From positions 6-64,005 of the IMG/VR virus record IMGVR_UViG_3300021958_000002: 64,000 nt of DNA, one strand, 5' to 3'. Shown here in pieces: positions 10,083-20,160 of the stretch. The position numbers were made by a program, and so were the translations under genes. Below the pieces are notes generated by a model. It was not told the DNA's origin, searched no databases, and was given only the letters and a program-made list of their open reading frames with translations. This stretch comes from a virus. Its lineage: Duplodnaviria; Caudoviricetes. Numbering within the stretch: position 1 is the stretch's first letter; each line of letters starts with the position of its first letter.

Positions 10083-11312
10083 ATGGTGGAATTTTTACAA
10101 AACTTAATCTTTGGGGTGGACTACCCAGGGTTGACACTAGCTCTCGATCCAATAACTATAGCTCTTATGGCTCAGGGCATTACCAAAGGGGTGCAGGGCA
10201 TTGTCCAGTCTAGGGCAGGAAAGAAAACAAGAGACGAAGGTAGAGACCTCTTTGACAAGCAAGTAGAAGACTTTCGATCTGGAAAGTACGACCTCTCTCT
10301 TGGTCAGGGCGTATACGACGCCTATACTAACACACAGAGACTGGCAGAGGAGGCGGCAGCAAGAACTGGAGAGGCTGGCAGATCTGCAATAAGCAGCGCT
10401 ATAGCAAATACACGATACGGAGACCCAAGAACAGCTTTTCTCACCCCTAAGACAGCCCAGACAGTTATGAGTGGGGTTAATGACGCTAACATAAAGGCGG
10501 CTAATGATCAAGCAGCCGCCACTATGGGGTTGGCTACCACTGAGCAGGGTATAAAGACGGCAAATGAAACGACCAGGCAGCAGATGGAGTCTATGTTGAT
10601 GGCGAGGGGGGCTGGCATGGAGCAGCAGGGGATACAGCAAAGGCAGGAAGGAATCAATACTGCAATTGGTGGTTTTGGGGATGCTACTGGTGCGGTTGGA
10701 GCGGAGCTGGCCAGCGGAGACGGCGGCCTAGACACCGATTATCTGAAGTATTTGGGGGTTAGTGGTAAAGGGGGGATGAGAGTCCCTAAGTATGTTCTTG
10801 GGGGGATGCTTGGTCGCATGATTAGCTCAGGCATGAACACTATGGCTAGCTCAGGCATGAACACTATTGGAGATAGAGTGGCCGAGTCGGCAATGGAGGG
10901 TATTGGTAGAAGAAGAGCCGCTAAGGGGAAAGACACAAGGTTGTTTGGGTACACGGCTGAAGATTTTGACGCAGAAGGAAATCTCGCAAATAATGATAGT
11001 GGTGACATCACCATAACCGTCAGCAAAGACGGTGAGGTTCAAAGTATGCAGGACGGTGGCGTCGCCCCAGAGATACTCCCAGGAGAGTTTGACCATGGCA
11101 GTAACCCAATTCATATGGTGGATGACAACGGCAACAAGGTTGCTGAAGCGACAGGTGGTGAGATACTGTTTAACAATACTCAATCAAACAACCTGATTAG
11201 ACTGCTTCAGTCTGGCGACCCTGAAGCTCTGTATGCTTACCTTGCAGAACTAATGCAGTCCCCTCAATTTCAGATGGAGGTTGAGGAGTACAATTCAGAA
11301 TTAAATGGCTGA
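10083..11312 (+). CDS. Internal virion cargo/ejection protein
   Basis: Ala/Gly/Gln-rich helical protein; C-terminal PGEFDHGSNPI...EATGGE module; start reassigned to the second Met from promoter spacing. Confidence 0.6.
   Translation: MVEFLQNLIFGVDYPGLTLALDPITIALMAQGITKGVQGIVQSRAGKKTRDEGRDLFDKQVEDFRSGKYDLSLGQGVYDAYTNTQRLAEEAAARTGEAGRSAISSAIANTRYGDPRTAFLTPKTAQTVMSGVNDANIKAANDQAAATMGLATTEQGIKTANETTRQQMESMLMARGAGMEQQGIQQRQEGINTAIGGFGDATGAVGAELASGDGGLDTDYLKYLGVSGKGGMRVPKYVLGGMLGRMISSGMNTMASSGMNTIGDRVAESAMEGIGRRRAAKGKDTRLFGYTAEDFDAEGNLANNDSGDITITVSKDGEVQSMQDGGVAPEILPGEFDHGSNPIHMVDDNGNKVAEATGGEILFNNTQSNNLIRLLQSGDPEALYAYLAELMQSPQFQMEVEEYNSELNG
10823..10867 (+). repeat. In-frame tandem duplication (21-nt unit, 24-nt period)
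   Basis: tagctcaggcatgaacactat at 10823-10843 and 10847-10867 (ISSGMNTM/ASSGMNTI). Confidence 0.95.
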
Positions 11313-13158
11313 TTTATTCTCAAACGTACCGATTCCGCAACCGTTAAATCCGTTGCAGAAACCAGATGCGTCATCAAATTCACTGGTTCAACAGTTAGCC
11401 AATGCGAAGCAACGGCAGTTTGAGATGTTTCGAATGGGCGAGAACGCCAGACGGGACGACTTAAACACACTATTGGAGTACGATGCCTATAAGCTAGGGC
11501 AGTCGTTTGGTGCGCTTTACAATATGCAGGCCGAAAGGGTGAAGGACCAGATCATGAATGGTAACCTTTCCCCTTCGCAGTCTAAAGCTCTTGTACTTGG
11601 TCTGATTAACGACTACAACAAGTACTACAACATACACGCCAAGCCATTTAATGAGACTTGGGATATGCACATGAAGTTAGCCACTGACCCCAGGCTTTTG
11701 GATCAATACAACGAGAACCTCCCTATTGGTCAGGTTTATACACCCATGGAGGTTGGGCAATTGGCCGACATTAAAAACCAGCAGCTAAACCAGAAATTTG
11801 ATATACTTGAGGGTGAACCAATCTTCCAGGAAGATGGTAGCGTTCAGGTTTATGACCCAATAGCAGATGCGTACGTGAAGCCTGAGATGCTGACTGGTAT
11901 TGGTACGTACGACAACCTATTTGCTGGGCAAGTGAGCAACCAGGACATAGGGGATCTGTATGATTGGGGTAGTAGTCAGCAGGCAAAGGAAGTTGTAAAT
12001 GTTGGGGGTAGATGGAACGAGGAGGCTGCCAATAAATACTTTAACAGCCACGTCAATTTAGAGAACAGAGAGGGTCAGGTTCACAGGTCTCAGCTTTTAG
12101 CCTCTTACGAGAATGCTCTCGAAGACACAGAGTCTGATCCATTCTTTACCGATGCTCAAAGACAGGTGTTCATAACAAAAGACCCAGAAAGCCCAGCCTA
12201 TGAATCTGTTTGGGGTGACGGAGGCCTGGCTGACAGCCTGTTTAGAAGGGCAGAGGAGATGGAGCTGTGGAAAGACGCTACATACTTTGAGCCAAATACA
12301 ATAGCCTCTGACGCTGCTAGAAGAAATCAGAGAAGAGCAGACAGGGAATTGCAGGACATGCTCATAACGTCTGGACAGATGGAGCCGTCAGCCCCAATCC
12401 TAAACGGTCCAGCAACCGCTAGGTATATAAGAAAGGTAGGTGATAAAACCACCATCTCCATTAGCACTGAGGATGGGGGGTTGATTAGCGTTATCCCAGA
12501 ATACCACTACATTAATGAAGGTGGACGACACGTCCTTAAGTACAGCACTACTGGAACAAACCTAACCCCTCAGGTGATGAATCAATTTGCCTCGCAGGGG
12601 GGTGCTGGGATGACTGCCCTTACCAGTGGAGAGATTGAGCTTAGTGGTTCAAACTATGACGCTGTTGACAGGTACATAATGGCTAAGTTTGGTGGCGCTA
12701 GGTTGAGTGACTTGGTTCCTGGGGAGCTACCAAAGTCAAACCCAGACACCCAAGTTGGTAGCGGATACTTGTTGAATGACATGCTTGGAACTCCTGAAAA
12801 TCAAGAATTGGAAACTTCAGGGATTTCAGTTACTAGTTTAAGGCCAGAAGGTTATTACGGTTTAAATGAGAACGATGCCAACCTTAGTAAGTTTAAAGAT
12901 GTCTTAAGGGATAATGGGGTAAACCAGGAGGCTGTTGATTTTATTATGAACTCAAAAGACTTCTACAACAGACTTCAAGCGAGTGGATACGAACCTTTAC
13001 AGGGCTCCGCTGGAGGAGGTATATCAGGTTCTCTTTATGGAGTCAGAACTAGAGCTGCCCGTGCTCTTGGGATAGAAACAGGAGAAGATAAAAACGTCCA
13101 GTTGGCGGTAGACGTTGCGTTGCAACTGCTAAGAGAAAACGGTATGATCAATGAATGA
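11305..13158 (+). CDS. Putative internal virion/ejection protein
   Basis: 617-aa ORF inside the cargo block, overlapping both neighbours. Confidence 0.5.
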   Translation: MADLFSNVPIPQPLNPLQKPDASSNSLVQQLANAKQRQFEMFRMGENARRDDLNTLLEYDAYKLGQSFGALYNMQAERVKDQIMNGNLSPSQSKALVLGLINDYNKYYNIHAKPFNETWDMHMKLATDPRLLDQYNENLPIGQVYTPMEVGQLADIKNQQLNQKFDILEGEPIFQEDGSVQVYDPIADAYVKPEMLTGIGTYDNLFAGQVSNQDIGDLYDWGSSQQAKEVVNVGGRWNEEAANKYFNSHVNLENREGQVHRSQLLASYENALEDTESDPFFTDAQRQVFITKDPESPAYESVWGDGGLADSLFRRAEEMELWKDATYFEPNTIASDAARRNQRRADRELQDMLITSGQMEPSAPILNGPATARYIRKVGDKTTISISTEDGGLISVIPEYHYINEGGRHVLKYSTTGTNLTPQVMNQFASQGGAGMTALTSGEIELSGSNYDAVDRYIMAKFGGARLSDLVPGELPKSNPDTQVGSGYLLNDMLGTPENQELETSGISVTSLRPEGYYGLNENDANLSKFKDVLRDNGVNQEAVDFIMNSKDFYNRLQASGYEPLQGSAGGGISGSLYGVRTRAARALGIETGEDKNVQLAVDVALQLLRENGMINE

Positions 13159-16100
13159 TAATTTACAGACCATCTACAACCTTATGGTTGATAGAAACTT
13201 TTATCAGGGGAGCTACGATGATTTTGCGGCTTCAATGTCATTGGTTGACAATCAAAAAAAACTGCACCAACTAGTCGTTGATAAGCAGTTGTACCAGGGT
13301 GACTTCAATTCTTTCTCTGCGTACCTGAATACGCCTATTAAAAAAAAAGACTCGATCGCAACAGCCCCTCAAGAAACAGCATTCTTTGGAGATGGCTTAG
13401 GGGGGTTTGGGGACTTCTTCGATGATGTGAGTCGCGCCATGGCCGCTCAGTATGGTGAGGGGAAGTTGACAAAAGAGGTGGCAGACATGATGGGGGGTAA
13501 CATAAGTGACGAAGACTTAGAGAAATATGTTTCGGCCACTGATGAGATCCAGAAGTACGGTATGTCGGACGAGAGAAGGGCCTGGGAGCAAGAAATTAGA
13601 GATGAGGGGGATACCGTGTGGAACACGGTCTCTGCTTACTGGCACAACCCTACAGTTCTTTTTGAAGACGCTCTCGGTTCACTTGCTGGACTTGTTGGAC
13701 AAGAGCTCAACACTGGTGTTGTTACAGGGTCTACCCTTTCAGGGGCTGCTACTGGAGGCGCAATTGGAGCTACAGCTGGGGGTATTGGCGCTGGGCCAGG
13801 GGCTGCGGCAGGGTCTTATTGGGGACTGAGAAGTGGTATTGGTGCTGCGTCAGGGGTTCTTGATGCAACAGCTACGTTTTCCAACTATTTGAGAGAGGAG
13901 TTGGAGTCGAGAGGCATGGACTTGACTAAAGAGAACGCTAGAAAGATTTTAGCCGACGAGGAGTGGCTACAAGAACACAGGAATAAGGCCATCAAGGGTG
14001 GGGCCATGATTGGTGTTTTTGACTTCATCACCTTTGGTCTTGCAGGAACAGCCTCTAAAGGAGTTACAAAGCCAATATCTAAAACATTAGTGGCTGGTAG
14101 TGTCGAGGCGGCTGGAGGGATGGCTGGGGAGGCTGCCGCTGAGCTCTCTAGAGGCGAGGAGCTTTCTCCTTCTGCGATTGTTGCAGAAGCTGCTGGGGAG
14201 TTTGGTATGGGTACAATTAGTGCTGGCCGCCAAGGGGTTACAAAGGGCGTTAAAAGTATGTCAGACGTACTCAACCCACCCAAGTACTATGTGAACGGCA
14301 AAGAGCTTACAAAGGACGATTTTACGCAGTTCATAGAGACAGAAAAAGATCTCACTGTGGACAACGACGGTAACCCACTTGACATAAAAGTAGAGAACGA
14401 TAAGGAGACGGCTAAGGTGGTGGAGGAGAAGGTGATGGATCAGACCATCGAAAAGTCAATCGACCCATCCATCCAAGGGGAAGACAGGAAAAAACTAGTT
14501 GCTCTGGAAAAGGAGCGAGCTCAGAAAGCAGACTCTAAGTGGCAGTCCTCAAAGAGAAGGGTCCAGGAGATTGATAAGGAGATCGACGAAATCCTATCTA
14601 AGGAGCGCCCTGAGGCAACCGAAAACAACACGCAGGCCGAAGCGGAGGACAAGAGGAGGTACAAGGAGGAGTTAGAAGCGGCTAAAGAGGCTGATCCAGA
14701 AGGGATGTGGAGCGTAACCGTTCCTGATGATGAGTCTATTGATAAAGGTACAGTTGTCAGAACTGACGGTGGGGTTGCGCTGGTGGATGAGAGTGGAGAC
14801 ATCAGAGGTCTTGGTAAGACAGACCCAGAGGCTAAAGGTGTTGGCCCAAGACTGGTTAAGGCTGCCGTAAAAGCTGGGGGCAGGATACTGGACAACTTTG
14901 ACATGCCGTACCTAACCAAGATATATAAGGATAATGGTTTTAGGATTGTTTCTAGAACTCCCTTTAATGAACAGTACGCACCAAAAGAGTGGAATAACGA
15001 AAAGCACGGGAAGCCTGATGTCGTTCTGATGGTTTATGATCCAGACGGTAAGATGAATATTACCGAAGAGACTTTTGGTACTTGGGACTCAGCAAACGCA
15101 TACCGAGAAAAAGTCCTTGCCGACAATCAAAAACAACAGCAAGAGGCCAAGGCGAAACAAGAGCAGCAACAAGCCTCAAACAGAGCAGACGACCTGAGAG
15201 AACAGAGAAGGAGGTTTACTGTACGAGCGCAAAGAACCTACAAGCAAATCAAGGACGACATCGTCAACAACCCTGAGAACTATTTTACACCTCAGAAACT
15301 TGCTGACATCAGGGCTGACCTTGAAAATATGACGATGGACGAACTTGTTGCCAACATGAACGAGACGTCTTTGTCAAACCTTATTAATGTACAGGATCAG
15401 ACAGGAGTCCTTGCTGGTATTGAGGCGCTAAACAGAGCTATGGCCGAGGGTACCCCAGAGGGCAACCAAAAGGCAGCTGCTATCGTAGAGAGGCTTGGAA
15501 AGCTAGGGACCAGCGTGGGTAGACTGCTTAGACATTTTGGTGAGTTAAAGAACTCTACCGTAAAGGGGATGTATGATGTTGTTCTCTCTGATGTGGAATC
15601 CAAGGGTCAAAAACTTACAGATGCCCAGAGAGAAAAGCTTATAGGGCTGCTGGAGCCAGTCCTTAGGCTGCAAAAAGAGATGGTTGAGTTGATCAAGGAA
15701 AGAAACCAACCATACGACATGACTGATGTCGAGCTCTTGAGAATGGAGAACGACTTCAGGAAAGTTGGGGACCAGTTGAACCAAGCTCAAAAGAGGTTGA
15801 ACCAGTGGATGAACGCCAACGTAGAGAGGGGTGCTGGAGAGCTTGGCACCATGCTTATACAGGGTAACTTGTTGACACCTATGTCTCAGGCGACAAACAT
15901 ATTTGCCAACATTGTAAACATGGGGCTGGCCATCCCAAGAGACTTTATCTCATTACCGATAGATGTCGCGATTCGATGGGTGTTGAAAACTACACCCCCT
16001 GAAAGGCAGTACTCTCTTGCTGCTTACATGCACGGTCTTAGGATGATGGGTCCTGCATTTGTGAATACGCTGAAGAATGAAGTGATCAAAGGGGAGCCAT

Positions 16101-17902
16101 CAGAGTACGTAACTGAATGGAGGATTCAGCGTGGGTTTATGCCGATTATGTCATTCCTGCAAGCTTTCCATGGTACTGGAATTGGTACCAAATTAGCCAA
16201 GAAGTACGGGATGGAGGTCGATGCGCCTATCAGCAGCAAGCAAAGAATAAAGCTAGGAATTCAGGGTTCGTTTGGGGTTCCAGCTGAGCTCATGTTTAGG
16301 CTCCTTTCTCTTGGTGATACTCCGTTTAGAAAGTACATGGAGGGTAAAGTCCTGTATCAAGCTGCAAAGGCTAGAAAGTTAGAAGGAAGAGAGCTGGAGT
16401 TGTTCTTAAAGTACCCACCAGAGGACGTCATGCAGGAGGCGCAGAGGGAGGGGAGGAAGCTCACCTTCCAGGAGAAGACGGACACCTCAGAGACCCTTGA
16501 GGCGTTAGTCTCTGGTGGTTCAAGAATTTTGAGCAAGATACTCGGCAGGGATATAGCTGATTTTGTGGTAAGGACTCAGGTCCCGTACGTAAGAACACCA
16601 GCTAACATTTTGAGCGAGACAATGAAGTATTCTTCATTTGCATTTGCTATGGCTTCTGCGTCTAAAAAGATTTATGATGGCAAGATAACTGATGCATCTC
16701 AAGATATAGCCAAGGGATTCATAGGCCTTATGATGGCTCAGCTTGCTCACAACCTCATCGCAGAAGGACTGCTTTCAGGGGAGATTGAGTACGAGGAGGA
16801 TGAGAAGAAGAAGAACTTGTCTTACGATCAATTCCCACCCAACTCAATAAACGTCTCAGGACTACAGCGTCTTTATAATGGGGACGACCCTGCTGTTCAG
16901 CCTAACGATAGATTCTTCAACTACACCAAGTTGGGTATACCAGGCGTCATACTTGGGTCTAGGGCCACTCTAGCTGGGTCTAGGGTTGATGAGGTAGAGA
17001 AGGGGTTTGATTTGTTTAGGGAAATTATTGGGTTGCAACCGCTTTCAACACTGAATCACGTTCTCAACCAAAGCTTCTTGCAAGGGGTCAACAACTTGAC
17101 TCAGATGATTGGTGAAACCGATGAGGAAAGGCTGTATGATAAATTTGAGAAGTGGGTTTACGGTACATCGAAAGCCATGACATCTATAGTCCTTCCAAAC
17201 ACATTCTCAGCTCTAAACAGGGCTAACAGAGAGTTCCTGCCAGACACAAGGGTTCTGGAAGATATGAGCAGATCTGAGCGGTTTATGGCAAGGTTGAAAT
17301 ATACCATCATGGACAGAACTTTCAACCTGGACAGTGCCGTTCCTGTTAGAGTAAACTGGAAGGGAGAGAAGATCAAACAGACACCAACTGGAGCTGATCC
17401 CTTCGCGTATCACTTGTACAATATTTTAAAAGCGAGAAATGCCGAGGCCGATCCAATATCAAATGAGGTATACCGACTTTACAACAATACTGGGGAGGTG
17501 TCAACCCTGGTTTCTACACCGTACTTCGCAAGAGCAAGAGCCGTGAATGTGCCAGACATAAACAGCAAGAAGCACCTCAACGCTGTGCTGGCTACTGGAA
17601 AGCAATACAGTTTCTTTGGCGACCCAGAATTTACTGCATCCAGAATTAAGTTAAACACAGAACAGATCAATGCGTTGATGGAGGTGGCTGGTAAAGAGAG
17701 GTATGCCCTGGCTCAACAAGTCATGGCTCATCCAAACTATGCCAACCTATCTGATGAGGGCAGAATTCAAATATTGAACGCGGTAAACGACAACTTCCGA
17801 AGCACACTCGAATTAAACGAGTACGGAGGCTTCAGAAATCACACCGTACTGATGTTAGACTTTATAGAAGAGATGTACAGGAATGAGCGAGGACAAGAAT
17901 AA
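13151..17902 (+). CDS. Large ejected (polyvalent-type) protein with a glycine-rich membrane-like segment and a GNAT-like domain
   Basis: 1583 aa; GAATGGAIGATAGGIGAG segment; IRGLGKT.PEAKGVG..LVKAAVKAGGRILDNFD...KIYKDNGF resembles GNAT motifs A/B. Confidence 0.6.
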   Translation: MNDNLQTIYNLMVDRNFYQGSYDDFAASMSLVDNQKKLHQLVVDKQLYQGDFNSFSAYLNTPIKKKDSIATAPQETAFFGDGLGGFGDFFDDVSRAMAAQYGEGKLTKEVADMMGGNISDEDLEKYVSATDEIQKYGMSDERRAWEQEIRDEGDTVWNTVSAYWHNPTVLFEDALGSLAGLVGQELNTGVVTGSTLSGAATGGAIGATAGGIGAGPGAAAGSYWGLRSGIGAASGVLDATATFSNYLREELESRGMDLTKENARKILADEEWLQEHRNKAIKGGAMIGVFDFITFGLAGTASKGVTKPISKTLVAGSVEAAGGMAGEAAAELSRGEELSPSAIVAEAAGEFGMGTISAGRQGVTKGVKSMSDVLNPPKYYVNGKELTKDDFTQFIETEKDLTVDNDGNPLDIKVENDKETAKVVEEKVMDQTIEKSIDPSIQGEDRKKLVALEKERAQKADSKWQSSKRRVQEIDKEIDEILSKERPEATENNTQAEAEDKRRYKEELEAAKEADPEGMWSVTVPDDESIDKGTVVRTDGGVALVDESGDIRGLGKTDPEAKGVGPRLVKAAVKAGGRILDNFDMPYLTKIYKDNGFRIVSRTPFNEQYAPKEWNNEKHGKPDVVLMVYDPDGKMNITEETFGTWDSANAYREKVLADNQKQQQEAKAKQEQQQASNRADDLREQRRRFTVRAQRTYKQIKDDIVNNPENYFTPQKLADIRADLENMTMDELVANMNETSLSNLINVQDQTGVLAGIEALNRAMAEGTPEGNQKAAAIVERLGKLGTSVGRLLRHFGELKNSTVKGMYDVVLSDVESKGQKLTDAQREKLIGLLEPVLRLQKEMVELIKERNQPYDMTDVELLRMENDFRKVGDQLNQAQKRLNQWMNANVERGAGELGTMLIQGNLLTPMSQATNIFANIVNMGLAIPRDFISLPIDVAIRWVLKTTPPERQYSLAAYMHGLRMMGPAFVNTLKNEVIKGEPSEYVTEWRIQRGFMPIMSFLQAFHGTGIGTKLAKKYGMEVDAPISSKQRIKLGIQGSFGVPAELMFRLLSLGDTPFRKYMEGKVLYQAAKARKLEGRELELFLKYPPEDVMQEAQREGRKLTFQEKTDTSETLEALVSGGSRILSKILGRDIADFVVRTQVPYVRTPANILSETMKYSSFAFAMASASKKIYDGKITDASQDIAKGFIGLMMAQLAHNLIAEGLLSGEIEYEEDEKKKNLSYDQFPPNSINVSGLQRLYNGDDPAVQPNDRFFNYTKLGIPGVILGSRATLAGSRVDEVEKGFDLFREIIGLQPLSTLNHVLNQSFLQGVNNLTQMIGETDEERLYDKFEKWVYGTSKAMTSIVLPNTFSALNRANREFLPDTRVLEDMSRSERFMARLKYTIMDRTFNLDSAVPVRVNWKGEKIKQTPTGADPFAYHLYNILKARNAEADPISNEVYRLYNNTGEVSTLVSTPYFARARAVNVPDINSKKHLNAVLATGKQYSFFGDPEFTASRIKLNTEQINALMEVAGKERYALAQQVMAHPNYANLSDEGRIQILNAVNDNFRSTLELNEYGGFRNHTVLMLDFIEEMYRNERGQE

Positions 17903-18332
17903 AAAGAAGATTAGAGACACTAAGCTTGGTCAGTGGCTAAAGGAAAAGGCACCAGGCATACTTGACGCCGTTGGGGATTTACTTCCTGATCAAGGTGGGT
18001 TAGGTGTTGTAAAAAACCTGCTGGATAAGGAGCCAGACATATCTCCAGAAGAGGCTAAGGCTATGGTTGACGCTGAAATCGCCTATCAGAATAACGTGAC
18101 TGAGCGTTGGAAGGCTGATATGGGGAGCGATGTTAAAATAGCCAAAGTAATAAGGCCGTTAATGTTAGTAACATTAACATGTATTTTTTTAGGTCTTGTG
18201 ATCTTCGATTCTCTTGACAACCAACCATTTAACGTCAAAGATAGTTACGTATCTTTGTTGGAAATATTAATGCTAACTGTATTCGGTGCCTATTTTGCTG
18301 GTAGAACTGTAGAAAAGACTAAAAAGTCATGA
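17883..18332 (+). CDS. Holin (GTA-holin/3TM-like)
   Basis: VTERWKADM.SD..IAKVIRP plus two hydrophobic helices and a YFAGRT.EK ending. Confidence 0.7.
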   Translation: MSEDKNKKKIRDTKLGQWLKEKAPGILDAVGDLLPDQGGLGVVKNLLDKEPDISPEEAKAMVDAEIAYQNNVTERWKADMGSDVKIAKVIRPLMLVTLTCIFLGLVIFDSLDNQPFNVKDSYVSLLEILMLTVFGAYFAGRTVEKTKKS

Positions 18333-18538
18333 TGGACAATCTTAGCCACTTTGAGTTTTTAATGCTGGCAATCACGCTAGTAGGTGGTTGGGTTAAATTT
18401 CATGCCGATTACAATAAGCTTTCGGCTAGAGTAGAAGCTTTAGAGAACGACAATGCCGAGTTCAAAGCTGACGTAAAACAGCTTCTAAAAGACATTCAAG
18501 AGATTAAGCTGCTATTAGCTAAGAACCAAATGCAATGA
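18329..18538 (+). CDS. Small membrane protein with coiled coil (lysis-associated?)
   Basis: N-terminal hydrophobic helix, then heptad pattern; ATGA overlap with the holin. Confidence 0.5.
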   Translation: MMDNLSHFEFLMLAITLVGGWVKFHADYNKLSARVEALENDNAEFKADVKQLLKDIQEIKLLLAKNQMQ

Positions 18539-19677
18539 ATCGCTTGATCCTCATTCTTTGCCTGCTCTCACAGTACGGGGGATCAGGACAGGATTCTTGC
18601 GCTGTTTTCGATGTGCCTACCCCAGCTGTAAAAATGATGGGGTACAATCCAGACCCACCGTCCTGGAAGAACGTAAACTACGTAGTACACATACATTACA
18701 CTGATAGCTTCCCTTACGAGTATAGCTTATTGGGTGATACAGTTATATGGGACGCTCACGAACACCTGAATGAGGAGTTCGAGGAAGCTATGTTTACCTT
18801 CGACCTTCTTGATATAGAGTACCACAATCTAGATGAGGTAGAAGGCATGGAGCCAACTCTTGAGTTGTACAATACCTGCGTTCCTTATAGTTACTACGGT
18901 TGGACAACAGTAAACAACTATTTAGAAGACATCGTTTGGGATAGAGAGCTTTACATGAATGTGCACGTGTTCCCTCAGTTCTGCTCAGGCATTCTTGGTT
19001 TTGCATGGACAGCATACAATGAGAACGTAGAGATGGACGGAGTGTGGGTTAGGTCAAATGTTTTTGGTCGCATTGGTGATCATCTTTGGGGGGTTAGAGA
19101 TGAGAACAAGACGCTTATCCATGAAGTAGGACACTACCTTAGTTTGCACCACGTCTTTAACGGAGTTGACTACTGCGGTGAAGACCTTGGTCCTTGCGAA
19201 GAGACAGGCGACTACGTGTGTGACACCCCTCCCACTAAGGTGAACTGGAGTTGCGAAAATCCTATATGCCCTCCTGGGGCGTATAACTACGAACCGAACA
19301 ACCACATGGATTACTACGTAGATTCATGCAGAACGAACTTCACTGAGGGGCAGATAGAGCGTATGCATGATATGATTCCAATCACCCGTCCAGGTCTAGT
19401 CAACAATGACGCCAGTGTTTGCGTGGGGGATATAAGCGGAGATTACGTGGTTGGCATGAATGATATGCTGTTGATGCTGGCCAACTGGGATAACTTGTAC
19501 TGGGAAGATGGCGACATGAACGGCGACGGATTCTTTACAGTAACTGACGTTCAGATCGTGCTTGCGCAGTGGGGAACTATTTGCTTTGGAGCCGAATTAG
19601 ATCCATTTTACAGGGAAGAACAGTTCGACACCTCAGTAATCAGTAAAGTATTTCCAGACTCGGTACGAGGGGAGTGA
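18535..19677 (+). CDS. Secreted M43 (pappalysin/ulilysin-like) zinc metalloprotease with C-terminal dockerin-like EF-hand repeats
   Basis: Signal-peptide-like N-terminus; HEVGHYLSLHH zinc motif; DYVCDTPP; NHMDY Met-turn; two GD.xGD..V..xD...L..W motifs. Confidence 0.85.
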   Translation: MNRLILILCLLSQYGGSGQDSCAVFDVPTPAVKMMGYNPDPPSWKNVNYVVHIHYTDSFPYEYSLLGDTVIWDAHEHLNEEFEEAMFTFDLLDIEYHNLDEVEGMEPTLELYNTCVPYSYYGWTTVNNYLEDIVWDRELYMNVHVFPQFCSGILGFAWTAYNENVEMDGVWVRSNVFGRIGDHLWGVRDENKTLIHEVGHYLSLHHVFNGVDYCGEDLGPCEETGDYVCDTPPTKVNWSCENPICPPGAYNYEPNNHMDYYVDSCRTNFTEGQIERMHDMIPITRPGLVNNDASVCVGDISGDYVVGMNDMLLMLANWDNLYWEDGDMNGDGFFTVTDVQIVLAQWGTICFGAELDPFYREEQFDTSVISKVFPDSVRGE

Positions 19678-20160
19678 TTTTAAATCAGCCAGGTAGATCT
19701 TCGTGATTACGTCGTCGTTCTTGGGCCTCGTGTACTTCTTTAAGTATGCATCCTTCTTGTTCTTTACAACAACGTCCTCTACGTTCTCCTCGCACCACTT
19801 CAGCAGTTCTTTTCTCTTCACGACAGCAAACCCACCCTCTTCTGGCATCTCAAAAGCTATGATCCCTGCCTTTCCGTATAACCACCCAGGGTTTCCCTGT
19901 ACGTTTACAAACTCACACCAAATTTCATCAGGCAGGTTACTTCCCTTTACGTCAACAGAATAAACCTCATCTCCCTCCCCATACTTCAACCAGAAATCAA
20001 TGTGACTTTTCCTATCGATTTCTATTGGGGTCTTCTTGACCTTATACCCAACTGAAATTGCGGTACGTTTAAATCGTTTCTCAGTCACCCCACCGTACTG
20101 CATTGAATAATCTTTTCTTGCTTTACTGAATGAGGGGTTAAATCTGTCAAAATTACCCAT
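19633..20160 (-). CDS. PD-(D/E)XK nuclease-fold protein
   Basis: HIDFW...SVDVKG and EFVNVQGNPGWLYGKA motifs. Confidence 0.6.
   Translation of the reverse strand: MGNFDRFNPSFSKARKDYSMQYGGVTEKRFKRTAISVGYKVKKTPIEIDRKSHIDFWLKYGEGDEVYSVDVKGSNLPDEIWCEFVNVQGNPGWLYGKAGIIAFEMPEEGGFAVVKRKELLKWCEENVEDVVVKNKKDAYLKKYTRPKNDDVITKIYLADLKSLPSYRVWKYFTDY

Noticed and set aside
13340-13348. A9 run as a programmed frameshift or phase-variation site
   Set aside because: The ORF is intact through it (PIKKKD), with no useful alternative frame or stimulatory structure seen
3271-17902. Alternative genetic code (stop reassignment as in some crAss-like phages)
   Set aside because: ORFs are long and tightly packed under the standard code, neither tRNA is a suppressor, and only one in-frame TAA junction stands out
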